From a virus: DNA of 64,000 bases. Where the stretch lies: positions 96,001 through 160,000 of IMG/VR virus record IMGVR_UViG_3300028571_002266; one strand, written 5' to 3'. Within the stretch, counting starts at the first letter, position 1; every line of letters begins with the position of its first letter. Below the pieces are notes generated by a model, which worked only from the letters and a program-made list of their open reading frames with translations, was not told the origin of the DNA and did no database searches. Position numbers and translations under genes: made by a program. Of this stretch, positions 46,335 to 54,665 are shown in pieces.

Positions 46335-46870
46335 TTACCATTGAAGAAAACGATGACAGATTTTATATTAAAGAATCAACTATGAAATTGGCCGGTAAGG
46401 GATTATTTGCCAAAAGAAAAATTAAAAAGGATGAATTTTTACCAATAACTGGGGTTATGGTTAAAAGAGGTTCTACTGCTGATGAGTGTACATATTTTTT
46501 TAACTCATATAAATTTGCAGCAAGTATAAAAGTAAAAAATGATCTTGTGAACATTGGCGACTATCTTATTTTGCCTCTTGGATATGCTGGGATTGTAAAT
46601 CACACTGATGATGTTGCGATTCAAAGTGTGGAAATAAGATATGTTGGAGATCAGTATCCTCAGACAAGTATACATCATGGTAAGGCTTTTTATTGGTTTT
46701 TAAGGGATGTTGAGCAAGACGAAGAGATATTTGGCAATTACGGACATAAGTGGAATGATGTTCTTGATTGGGTGAATGAGCAGCACAGCAACGCTAAATG
46801 TGAAAAAAAGGATTGGCAGCAATTCTTGGATTTTGATCTTTATGGACTTAAGAAATTGTTGCCAAGGTGA
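46331..46870 (+). CDS. SET-domain protein
   Basis: IKES...AGKGLFAKRKI, VNH, LRDV...EEIF.NYG. Confidence 0.8.
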   Translation: MITIEENDDRFYIKESTMKLAGKGLFAKRKIKKDEFLPITGVMVKRGSTADECTYFFNSYKFAASIKVKNDLVNIGDYLILPLGYAGIVNHTDDVAIQSVEIRYVGDQYPQTSIHHGKAFYWFLRDVEQDEEIFGNYGHKWNDVLDWVNEQHSNAKCEKKDWQQFLDFDLYGLKKLLPR

Positions 46871-46874
46871 ACAT

Positions 46875-47408
46875 ATGGAAAAATTTGATTTCGGTAGAAA
46901 AAAGTTACTTGGCATTGTTTTCGATCTATCTATTAGACATGACAAGCAAGGCGGAAGAATAATTGATATGGTTAAAAAGCAACTTGTTTCAAGAATTGCT
47001 TCTTCTGATGAGAATCTTCTTGTTGTTGTAAGTGATGCTGATAATAAAGTACCAAGAATGTGTGGCGGAGGAATACATCAAATTGATTCTTATATAGATC
47101 CTGTTGATTTCAGGATAGGAGAAGCAACTCGAAGAATTGCTTCTGTTGTTGGAGATTCAGTTGAGGACTCTGATAAGTACATAGTTATTATTACTGATCG
47201 TTTTAACGGGAAATTCAAAGGTCACTATAGAGCTTTGTTTGATGCCAAGAAGAATAAAAATTATGAATATAAAGTTGGAGTAATTGCAATAGGTGATCAT
47301 TGTGATTTTTCATTGCTTAAAGATATGGTAAATGAAAACAACGGCATCTTCTTAAGCTCCAACAACATGGATGAATTTAATTCTGCCTTGACAGAAATCG
47401 GGGTGTGA
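46875..47408 (+). CDS. vWA-like domain protein
   Basis: IVFDLS, IVIITD, VIAIG...D..LL..M.....G. Confidence 0.55.
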   Translation: MEKFDFGRKKLLGIVFDLSIRHDKQGGRIIDMVKKQLVSRIASSDENLLVVVSDADNKVPRMCGGGIHQIDSYIDPVDFRIGEATRRIASVVGDSVEDSDKYIVIITDRFNGKFKGHYRALFDAKKNKNYEYKVGVIAIGDHCDFSLLKDMVNENNGIFLSSNNMDEFNSALTEIGV

Positions 47409-47409
47409 A

Positions 47410-48189
47410 ATGGAAGAAAAAATTTTCCTAAATAAAACTATTGAGGCAAAACCATTTTATCTTTCATCTGTAGAAATAATTATTCCATTTTATAACGAAC
47501 AAGCAAAAGTTATCAATTTGGTAAATGATATTTTCAATACTGTTCAAAAGAACAGGTATCTTATTACTCTTGTCGATGATGGTTCTGTGAATAAAAGTTT
47601 TGTAGAGCAATTGCAGAAGAAAAAGGTAGAAGGATTGAGGTTTTTGAAGAATGATAAGTGCAAGGGATTTGGAGCATCGGTCAATAATGCGCTGAAGAAT
47701 CCTTTTCGTAAAGACATTCCTTTCGTTGCTATTTTACATTCCGATGTTCGTGTTCAGGATCAAAATTGGCTTTTTAATCTTGGTCAATCTCTTGCAATTA
47801 TGAAAGAGAATAATGTAAAAATGGTTTCAGCGATGACAGATAATCCAACAGTTGATTCTTCTGATCTAAAGGCCCAAAAGGGCCAAACAAGAGAAGATAA
47901 AATATTAGAAGATGGTTTCTTGCCGATGTATTGTGTTTTGGCAAATCGTGAATTATTTAATAGAGTTGGATTTTTGCATGAATGTCCTTATGCAGGTGTA
48001 GAGACAGAAGAATTTGCAATCAGAATGGCAAAAAGTGGCTATAAACAGGGAGTTTGTGGGAAAAGCTGGGTTCAACATGAAGGAAGAGGCACTTTGAAAC
48101 AATTAGACAAAAATAAGAAAGCACAAGAAATATTGCGAAATGTACGAAGTCAGTTCGACGAAATTTATAAAAATAATCAACAGGTATAA
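47410..48189 (+). CDS. Glycosyltransferase family 2
   Basis: IIIPFYN, LVDDGS, GFGASVN, LHSD, W..H.G..T. Confidence 0.85.
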   Translation: MEEKIFLNKTIEAKPFYLSSVEIIIPFYNEQAKVINLVNDIFNTVQKNRYLITLVDDGSVNKSFVEQLQKKKVEGLRFLKNDKCKGFGASVNNALKNPFRKDIPFVAILHSDVRVQDQNWLFNLGQSLAIMKENNVKMVSAMTDNPTVDSSDLKAQKGQTREDKILEDGFLPMYCVLANRELFNRVGFLHECPYAGVETEEFAIRMAKSGYKQGVCGKSWVQHEGRGTLKQLDKNKKAQEILRNVRSQFDEIYKNNQQV

Positions 48190-48219
48190 TATATAATTTG
48201 TGTACAATAAGGAGGTTTT

Positions 48220-48381
48220 ATGGGCTTTCGTTGCAAAAATGTCGATAACACTTATACAACTACTACTTGGAAATTTTTTACCGCTCAGTGTACTAAGAAC
48301 CAGCAGGCTCTTGGAATCTGTTCTGGTGTTTCTGGCGCTTGGGTTCCAGCAATAACAGTTTGTAACTTACGTCTCTATTAA
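48220..48381 (+). CDS. 53-aa four-Cys peptide (below the ORF-track cutoff)
   Basis: SD TAAGGAGG; MGFRCKNVDNTYTTTTWKFFTAQCTKNQQALGICSGVSGAWVPAITVCNLRLY; terminator directly after. Confidence 0.75.
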   Translation: MGFRCKNVDNTYTTTTWKFFTAQCTKNQQALGICSGVSGAWVPAITVCNLRLY

Positions 48382-48402
48382 TTTAATTTAATTTAATTCA
48401 GG

Positions 48403-48428
48403 AAGGCTGGCTGATTGCCAGCCTTTTT
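48403..48428 (+). terminator. Intrinsic terminator
   Basis: AAGGCTGGC-TGATT-GCCAGCCTT followed by TTT. Confidence 0.8.
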
Positions 48429-48434
48429 CGTTGG

Positions 48435-48463
48435 TTGACAAATTTCTTTCTGATTGTTATGAT
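48435..48463 (+). promoter_or_regulatory. sigma70-type promoter
   Basis: TTGACA, 17 bp, extended TGn-TATGAT. Confidence 0.8.
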
Positions 48464-48490
48464 GATCTTTCCTAATTTGGAGATCAGGTC

Positions 48491-49138
48491 ATGATTGCCA
48501 GCATCAACAGTGTTTTTTCCATTTTCAACAGATTGTTTTTTGATTCCAATCTCTCTGCTCCAGAGATTATTGTTGATGTGAGTAAAAAAGTTTCATTAAG
48601 GTGGCAATCTGACGAAAATATTATTGTTATGGGTTCTGGTTTTGTAAATATAAATAAAGAAATTATTTGCGTCAACTTGCTTCATGAAATGATACATTTA
48701 TCAAATTATAAAAATAAAGTTATAGATGTTAATGATAATCAGTATCATAACTCAAAATTTATGAAGCTTGCCGTAAAGTGCGGTTTGGTTGTTTATAAAG
48801 ATAAGAATCAAGGTTGGTCAAACACAACATTGGAAATTGATAACAGTTTTTCGACTAAAGATTTTAAGATTGAACTTGATAAAAATCAAAATCTCAAGTC
48901 AATTATTTCTAACATACATATTGATAATGAATTATTGAATGAGAACGAAAAGTCTTTAGTTTTAGCAATCAATAATTTGAAACCATCAAAAATTTTCTTC
49001 TTGAAATACGAATGTTCTTGTCCTCCTCCTCACAATAGTATCAGATCAGGTCGCCGACCAGATGGAAGTAATGCCCCAGATATAATTTGCGATAGGTGTA
49101 AAACAAAGTTTAATTGTGTTTCTCCTTTGTATGATTGA
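48491..49138 (+). CDS. SprT-like zinc metalloprotease
   Basis: LLHEMIH, YHNSKF..LA, C-terminal C.C...CDRC. Confidence 0.75.
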   Translation: MIASINSVFSIFNRLFFDSNLSAPEIIVDVSKKVSLRWQSDENIIVMGSGFVNINKEIICVNLLHEMIHLSNYKNKVIDVNDNQYHNSKFMKLAVKCGLVVYKDKNQGWSNTTLEIDNSFSTKDFKIELDKNQNLKSIISNIHIDNELLNENEKSLVLAINNLKPSKIFFLKYECSCPPPHNSIRSGRRPDGSNAPDIICDRCKTKFNCVSPLYD

Positions 49139-49156
49139 TTTTTTTGATCTTTTGGA

Positions 49157-49630
49157 TTAGTTGATTTTTGGGTTTTTTTCGTCTATGATTCCTAGAGAAA
49201 TCCGTCCGGCGTTGACGGTATGATTAGCATGAGGAATTTCCAGTTCTGCATTAGGATCAAATCTTTTGATGATTTTTTGAAAGATCAAGTATAGCATTGC
49301 TGTAACAATCGTGAATTCAAGGAAGGCGTTGACTAGATTTCCAATTTCAAGTTCAAGTCCTTTTGTTGGCGTAAAAACTAGATTGCGCCAGTTGCCATTA
49401 GTTGCTGATATCAAGTAATTGATGATTGGCATAACAAGTGACTCTGTCATAGAAGAAGCAAACTTTTGTGTTTGAGTTGCTAGAACAAGAGCTAAGGCCA
49501 TGACAAAGAAATTTTTCTTGTAAGCAAATTTCTTGTATTCTTCAAATTCTTCTTTGATTCTTTCGGATTTGATGAAATTTCTTTCTTCGTCATTCATTGT
49601 TTTGACCTTTTGGTTTAGTGGTGTTGACAT
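49157..49630 (-). CDS. mscL: MscL-family mechanosensitive channel, divergent
   Basis: EYKKFA.K.N...MA.A.VL......F.SS....LVMPII...LEIGNLVNAFLEF.IV. Confidence 0.7.
   Translation of the reverse strand: MSTPLNQKVKTMNDEERNFIKSERIKEEFEEYKKFAYKKNFFVMALALVLATQTQKFASSMTESLVMPIINYLISATNGNWRNLVFTPTKGLELEIGNLVNAFLEFTIVTAMLYLIFQKIIKRFDPNAELEIPHANHTVNAGRISLGIIDEKNPKIN
49160..49218 (+). repeat. Promoter cassette copy B plus GAAA-hairpin copy 6
   Basis: TTGATT, 17 bp, TATGAT, 7 nt, GAAA T CCGTC-CGGCGTT-GACGG. Confidence 0.85.
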
Positions 49631-49652
49631 TTTAACTGAGTCTGCTTACTTT
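49624..49652 (+). promoter_or_regulatory. sigma70-type promoter of the parB-like gene
   Basis: TTGACA, 17 bp, TACTTT. Confidence 0.55.
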
Positions 49653-49709
49653 ATTTGTGCTTCTGCTTTTTTGGAAACAAGTTACTCTTTGACGGAATGA
49701 GGTTAAGAC

Positions 49710-50927
49710 ATGTCAGTGAAGACACAAGACTTGGTGATGAGTGGTTTGCCAGAAGGAAGTAGGCATTTGACTGGGAACCTTTTTATGGTTCCTTTTTCAA
49801 GTATTATTGCTCCTAAGAACAATCCACGTCTTTTGACTGAACGTGGTCAGTCTGACATTGTTGACAAGAACTTGTCATCTCAACTCCGTGAGAGCATCAA
49901 GAAGAACACTCTTCTCAACCCTTTAGTCTGTAGGTGGGTAAAGGATGGAGACAAATTCCTTCCGATGGTTGTAGGTGGAGACAGGCGTTATCGTTCTCTT
50001 GATTTCTTGATTCGCAAGAAGGAAATGGTTGCTGACCCAAGGACTCCTAAGGTCAATGAAAAGGGCGAATTTATCAGCAGAACTGCTTCTGCTGATGAAG
50101 CTTATGAATTTGTTCCTTGTCAAATTTTCATGTGCAGAGACGATCTTGACGCTCTTGTTTTGGCATGGGCAGAAAACAAGACTCGCATCAATCTGACAGA
50201 TGGTCATGAGATAGTTGAAGTAATTCAGCTTCGTGACAATGGGGCCAGTGACGCAAAGATCATGGAAGTCCTGCAACAGGATTCAAAATGGCTTTCCGAC
50301 ACTGACCGTCTGATTGCTTCTTTGGATTCTCATACACTTGCTGATTTGATTGAAGGCAGATTGGATCGCAACTCTGCTGTCGAGTTGGCAGCAATTGAGG
50401 ACGAGAAGGTCCGTAATCAGGTAAGAGTTGCAGCGCATGAATCTGCAAATGAAACATCTGGTCGTCGTATTGCAAGGCTTGTTCGACGTGCAGAGCAGGC
50501 TGAGGCGAATGAAGACATTGCTAAGGGCGAAGTTGTGTTGGCTCAAAGCCCTCAACAGCAGGATCAAGCCAGAAGCAATTTGGCCAGAGCGGAAGTAGAA
50601 TCTCGTGCAGTTCGTCGCAAGATAGAGGAAACCACTAATCCTGTTACGACTACGAGGGAAATTAGGGAAGCAAGTCAGCAAATTGCTGGCGAAATACCTC
50701 GAACTTCAAACAAGCGTGGTCCCAAGGGTGGACCTAGAAAGATGAGAGAGTCAAAAATCATTGAGGGACGTGATTTCTTTGCCAATTTGGTGAGGAATAA
50801 TGGTGAGGGAGATGACTTCACTGCTCATGTTGATGCCTTGAAGTTGGTAGTGAAAATATTTAATGACAACATTCTTGTGAATAACCCTGATTGGATTAGC
50901 ACTTTGAAACGTCATTATTCAGCTTGA
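49710..50927 (+). CDS. ParB/Srx-family CTPase-domain protein with helical C-terminus
   Basis: NPR, L.ESI....LLNPL.CR, VVGGDRRYRSL, AEN..R.NLT. Confidence 0.8.
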   Translation: MSVKTQDLVMSGLPEGSRHLTGNLFMVPFSSIIAPKNNPRLLTERGQSDIVDKNLSSQLRESIKKNTLLNPLVCRWVKDGDKFLPMVVGGDRRYRSLDFLIRKKEMVADPRTPKVNEKGEFISRTASADEAYEFVPCQIFMCRDDLDALVLAWAENKTRINLTDGHEIVEVIQLRDNGASDAKIMEVLQQDSKWLSDTDRLIASLDSHTLADLIEGRLDRNSAVELAAIEDEKVRNQVRVAAHESANETSGRRIARLVRRAEQAEANEDIAKGEVVLAQSPQQQDQARSNLARAEVESRAVRRKIEETTNPVTTTREIREASQQIAGEIPRTSNKRGPKGGPRKMRESKIIEGRDFFANLVRNNGEGDDFTAHVDALKLVVKIFNDNILVNNPDWISTLKRHYSA

Positions 50928-50940
50928 TTTATGAAATTAA

Positions 50941-50978
50941 AGCCGTCCCATACAAAATATGGGACGGTTTTATTTTTT
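50941..50978 (+). terminator. Intrinsic terminator
   Basis: AGCCGTCCCATA-CAAAA-TATGGGACGGTT followed by a T-rich run. Confidence 0.85.
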
Positions 50979-50995
50979 CGTGCATAAATACATTA

Positions 50996-51298
50996 ATGAT
51001 TCATTTATGCCCTTTTTGCGGTCACGAACTACAAGAGCAACTTTCAGATGGGTTGATTTCTTGTTCTATCTGTAGTCAAGTTTTTGATTCAAGTGATATC
51101 AACCAGTTGCTTTCGGCTGGATGGCTTGTCAGAAAAAACCATTTCAATCATGAGCAATTGAAATGGCATACAAAGCTTGATGAAGACATGATTATTCTTG
51201 TTTTGGCATATGTTGCTGACAATGAATATTCACATCAAGAATTCCTGCAAGTTCTTAAAAAGTTGGGTGTTGCCAACAAATCTTATATAAAATACTGA
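50996..51298 (+). CDS. Zn-ribbon protein
   Basis: CPFC..CSIC; TAAATA 5 nt before ATG 50996. Confidence 0.7.
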   Translation: MIHLCPFCGHELQEQLSDGLISCSICSQVFDSSDINQLLSAGWLVRKNHFNHEQLKWHTKLDEDMIILVLAYVADNEYSHQEFLQVLKKLGVANKSYIKY

Positions 51299-51303
51299 AT
51301 TTT

Positions 51304-51534
51304 CTATTTAGTATCATCAGTTATTGCTGAGATCTGGCCTTTGGGGGCACGGGGGTCAATTTCCATGGCGTTTGCTGCGAGTTCCTTACGCAGCACTGTC
51401 ACACTCTTATTGGCTTCAATCCCGATCCTGACCTTGTTGCGGTTATCGATCCTCACAACCGTCAGGACTATGTCCTGCATACCGGGGACCTGTAGAATGA
51501 TCTGTTCGTCCTTCTTGCGACTAAGTACCAGCAT
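51304..51534 (-). CDS. csrA: Carbon storage regulator CsrA
   Basis: MLVLSRK..EQI...I..TVV.I...KVRIGIEA...V.VLR.EL; SD AAGGA. Confidence 0.92.
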   Translation of the reverse strand: MLVLSRKKDEQIILQVPGMQDIVLTVVRIDNRNKVRIGIEANKSVTVLRKELAANAMEIDPRAPKGQISAITDDTK

Positions 51535-51716
51535 TTAACTTCCTTTCTTTGCTTTCCATGTGTCCTCTGACACAATATTAAGCGAGTAAGTTTGCTGAAA
51601 TTTTACAATTTTTACTTTTTTTTCTGCAACATGGCTTTACAACAAAAAAAAATTCGTATATTAATTACTTACTGGCTTTCATTTACTAACACGCCAGTAT
51701 ATTAAGGAGCAAAGAC

Positions 51717-52157
51717 GTGAAGACATCTTGGGCAAACGAATTGGTAGCACTTAAGGCACAGCAAGATAAGATTGCTAAGAAGATTAACTGTATCGAGGAG
51801 CTTGTCAGGCTCGAAGAAGAGCATACTATTGATACAGATATTCCGACCAGTCATGAAGACCCAGTAATTTTTCGTGGTGACAACTCTGTTAAGGTTCGTC
51901 GCACTCGTATTGCTTCTCCTGTTTCCAGCGGTAAGTCAATGAAACTGCCCAATCTTTTGGAAACAATTGGTCAGCAGCATCCTCATTTCATGAGGTATGA
52001 GAAAATTGCTGAACTCGTTCTTGAAACCGGCTATAAGACTAACAGTGGTAATTTGAGCAACATGGTTTATCAGTGTTTGCAGAAACTTTGCAAGAAGGGC
52101 GTTTTCACGAAAAATGATATGACCCGTGAATATCAGTTTTCTGGCAAGATTGACTAG
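51717..52157 (+). CDS. Coiled-coil plus putative winged-helix DNA-binding protein
   Basis: SD AAGGAG; IAELVLETGYKT.S.NL.NMVYQ.L.KL.K.G.F.K. Confidence 0.6.
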   Translation: MKTSWANELVALKAQQDKIAKKINCIEELVRLEEEHTIDTDIPTSHEDPVIFRGDNSVKVRRTRIASPVSSGKSMKLPNLLETIGQQHPHFMRYEKIAELVLETGYKTNSGNLSNMVYQCLQKLCKKGVFTKNDMTREYQFSGKID

Positions 52158-52193
52158 TTTTTACGATTTGAAACAATAAACTTGATTTAGCAC

Positions 52194-52222
52194 ACCCCGT
52201 TCACATACGAACGGGGTTTTTT
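52194..52222 (+). terminator. Intrinsic terminator
   Basis: ACCCCGTTC-ACATAC-GAACGGGGT followed by a T run. Confidence 0.85.
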
Positions 52223-52229
52223 GATTTTG

Positions 52230-52329
52230 ATGGCTGTTGCATAGCGGACAACACTTAATCTTTGCTTCTGCATAAACAGATACCGGGTCAGGAAAGTGTG
52301 AAAACGACCTCCATTATCTGACCAGCCAT
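52230..52329. ncRNA. Candidate structured RNA of unknown class
   Basis: ATGGCTG/CAGCCAT closing stem, GGTCAG/CTGACC, ACACTT/AAGTGT (crossing) and TCTG/CAGA, in a GC-richer intergenic island. Confidence 0.35.
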
Positions 52330-52414
52330 TAATATATAATAGTTGTTTCTTGTTAAATTAATCAAGAATTACTGTATAATGATTTTGGCAAGTTGAAACT
52401 AAGGAGTTTGATTC

Positions 52415-53683
52415 ATGGCGAAAAAGAAGGGTCCTTTCTGTGACTACTGTGGAATGTCTAGTTCTCAGGCAGGGATGTTAGTTGAAGGTCCAAATATCAG
52501 CCGTGAACAGAATGGTAGACCTGCTGGGAGCAAGGTTTACATATGTGCAGAGTGCATCGAAATTTGTCAAACCATGGTGAGTAAGAACAGCAAAGCTGCA
52601 AACATGAGTGCAAAAAAGATGATTCCTTCTCCAAAGCAAATTGTTGAACATCTTGACAAGAGCATCATTGGCCAAGATAAGGCCAAGCGTTGTTTGGCAG
52701 TTGCTGTCACTAATCATTATAAAAGATTGACTCAGAATTTTTGCATCACTGATGATAATCCATTCTCTGATGTTAATATCGAAAAGTCAAATATCCTGTT
52801 GATAGGGCCAACTGGATCAGGAAAGACTTCTTTGGCTAGGACTCTTGCAAAGATTCTTGAAGTTCCATTCGCAATTGGCGATGCAACAACCCTTACAGAA
52901 GCTGGGTATGTTGGAGAAGATGTCGAGAATTTAATTCTTAAGATTGTAAGGGAAGCTGATTTTAACATTGAATTGGCTCAGACTGGAATTATTTTCCTTG
53001 ATGAGATCGATAAGATTGGTAAGACAAGCCAAAGTGTTAGTATCACTCGTGATGTATCAGGGGAAGGAGTTCAACAGGCTCTACTGAAAATGCTTGAAGG
53101 TACTGTTTGCAATGTGCCTCCCGGTGGTGGCCGTAAACATCCAGAGCAGCAGTTCCTTCAGGTTGATACTACTAACGTACTATTCATCTGTGGTGGTGCT
53201 TTTAATGGCCTAGAAGACATTATTAAGCGTAGAATAGGTAAAAATCAAATGGGGTTCGGAAGTGCTTCATCGAATCTTGATGAAGAATGGATTCTTCAGC
53301 ATGTCACTCAGGATGACCTTATCGAGTTTGGAATGATCCCAGAACTAGTTGGTCGTCTTCCTGTTGTGACACCTTTGAAAGGTCTTGACGAAGAAAGCCT
53401 TATGAAGATTCTTACCGATCCTAAAGATGCTCTCGTGAAACAATATCAGAAAATGTGTTGGCAAGATAATGTAAAGTTGTCATTCACTGACGAAGCTTTA
53501 CGAGAAATTGCCAAGAAAGCCTTGAGTGTTGGAACTGGAGCTCGTGGACTAAGGACTGTCATGGAAGAATTCATGATTGACATCATGTACCATTTGACAG
53601 ATCATGGTGGAGAAACAGTAGTAGTTACCAAGGATGTCGTTTTGGGTCAAACTGCTCTTTTTCAAAAAAGCCTAGCAGCTTAA
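52415..53683 (+). CDS. clpX: ATP-dependent Clp protease ATP-binding subunit
   Basis: CDYC..CAEC Zn-binding domain, [32 protein letters not shown] loop, GARGLR. Confidence 0.97.
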   Translation: MAKKKGPFCDYCGMSSSQAGMLVEGPNISREQNGRPAGSKVYICAECIEICQTMVSKNSKAANMSAKKMIPSPKQIVEHLDKSIIGQDKAKRCLAVAVTNHYKRLTQNFCITDDNPFSDVNIEKSNILLIGPTGSGKTSLARTLAKILEVPFAIGDATTLTEAGYVGEDVENLILKIVREADFNIELAQTGIIFLDEIDKIGKTSQSVSITRDVSGEGVQQALLKMLEGTVCNVPPGGGRKHPEQQFLQVDTTNVLFICGGAFNGLEDIIKRRIGKNQMGFGSASSNLDEEWILQHVTQDDLIEFGMIPELVGRLPVVTPLKGLDEESLMKILTDPKDALVKQYQKMCWQDNVKLSFTDEALREIAKKALSVGTGARGLRTVMEEFMIDIMYHLTDHGGETVVVTKDVVLGQTALFQKSLAA

Positions 53684-53697
53684 ATTTTTAAGATCTA

Positions 53698-53726
53698 TTG
53701 ACCTTTTGGTTCATTAGGATTATCAT
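53698..53726 (+). promoter_or_regulatory. sigma70-type promoter
   Basis: TTGACC, 17 bp, TATCAT; 7 nt before hairpin copy 7. Confidence 0.75.
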
Positions 53727-53733
53727 TATTTTG

Positions 53734-53785
53734 GAAATCCGCCTTCCGTTGATGAAACGGAGGGCGGAGGGCGGAGGGCGGAGGG
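53734..53785 (+). repeat. GAAA-hairpin copy 7 fused to a (CGGAGGG)x4 tandem repeat
   Basis: GAAA TCCGCCTTCCGTT-GATGA-AACGGAGGGCGGA (13 bp); heptamer x4 at 53758-53785. Confidence 0.85.
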
Positions 53786-53908
53786 TGTGATGTTTCGATG
53801 AATATCAGCTAAAATATTGTCTTTTTGGCTGTCAATGTAACTATCATAATAAATGAAAACTAATTTTCTTGTTTTGAGAGACTTCACATGCCAAGAGGGT
53901 TGAGCTAA

Positions 53909-54529
53909 ATGAGTTATATTGTTTCTACTTTTTTCAATGAGAACAGTTGGAATAAGTTTGGCCTCAATTGGGTCCGTAATACCAAATCTGCATCACTCGA
54001 TGCTCTAATTATAGGCAAAGATTTGCCAGAAGAAGCAATCACAAAGATTGCTGAACTTAATTTTCGTTATGTTCCTGTTTTGAATAAATTCAAGACAGAT
54101 TGTAATGTGGATTACACTTTGGTTCAAAATTTAGAAAAAAATCAAAGATGTCTTTGGACTCAGCCTGAGATTTTGCCTAAAGCTGGAATTTATTCTAGAA
54201 ATACGTCATCTGTTGACGGAGAATCTGATTTGATTTGTGGATTAAGTTCTTTTAATGTGCAGGATTTGACTCAGTCTGTAGTCAATTTATATGACAGGGC
54301 TGCAATGATAGAATCTTTGAAGCAGAAAATTGAAAATGTACATGGCAAATACTTGTCTAGCGATTATATGCTTGGAACATATGATTTTTGGAATGGATTT
54401 TTTGGTTGCAAGGCCTACCTCTTTGAAAGAGGATATCTACAAGGTTCTGTGCAAAGCGATGATCTTGTCTTGAATTTCTTTGTTTCCTTCGCTAATTCTT
54501 TTTCTTTACAAATAAAGGATTACTCTTAA
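53909..54529 (+). CDS. hypothetical protein
   Basis: 206-aa ORF containing hairpin copy 8. Confidence 0.7.
   Translation: MSYIVSTFFNENSWNKFGLNWVRNTKSASLDALIIGKDLPEEAITKIAELNFRYVPVLNKFKTDCNVDYTLVQNLEKNQRCLWTQPEILPKAGIYSRNTSSVDGESDLICGLSSFNVQDLTQSVVNLYDRAAMIESLKQKIENVHGKYLSSDYMLGTYDFWNGFFGCKAYLFERGYLQGSVQSDDLVLNFFVSFANSFSLQIKDYS
54198..54220 (+). repeat. GAAA-hairpin element, copy 8 (intragenic)
   Basis: GAAA TACGTC-ATCTGTT-GACGGA. Confidence 0.7.
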
Positions 54530-54530
54530 A

Positions 54531-54665
54531 ATGATTTACAGCACACTATCTCATTTAGGTTCTTTTGTGTTTTTTATGCTAAGTGCTTTTGTAATTTGCA
54601 CTTTCATTATTGCTATTACAAGAACTAATGAAGATGAGACAACAAGAATTAAGGAAGATGAATGA
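54531..54665 (+). CDS. 44-aa membrane peptide
   Basis: One TM helix; stop overlaps the next ATG (ATGA). Confidence 0.55.
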   Translation: MIYSTLSHLGSFVFFMLSAFVICTFIIAITRTNEDETTRIKEDE

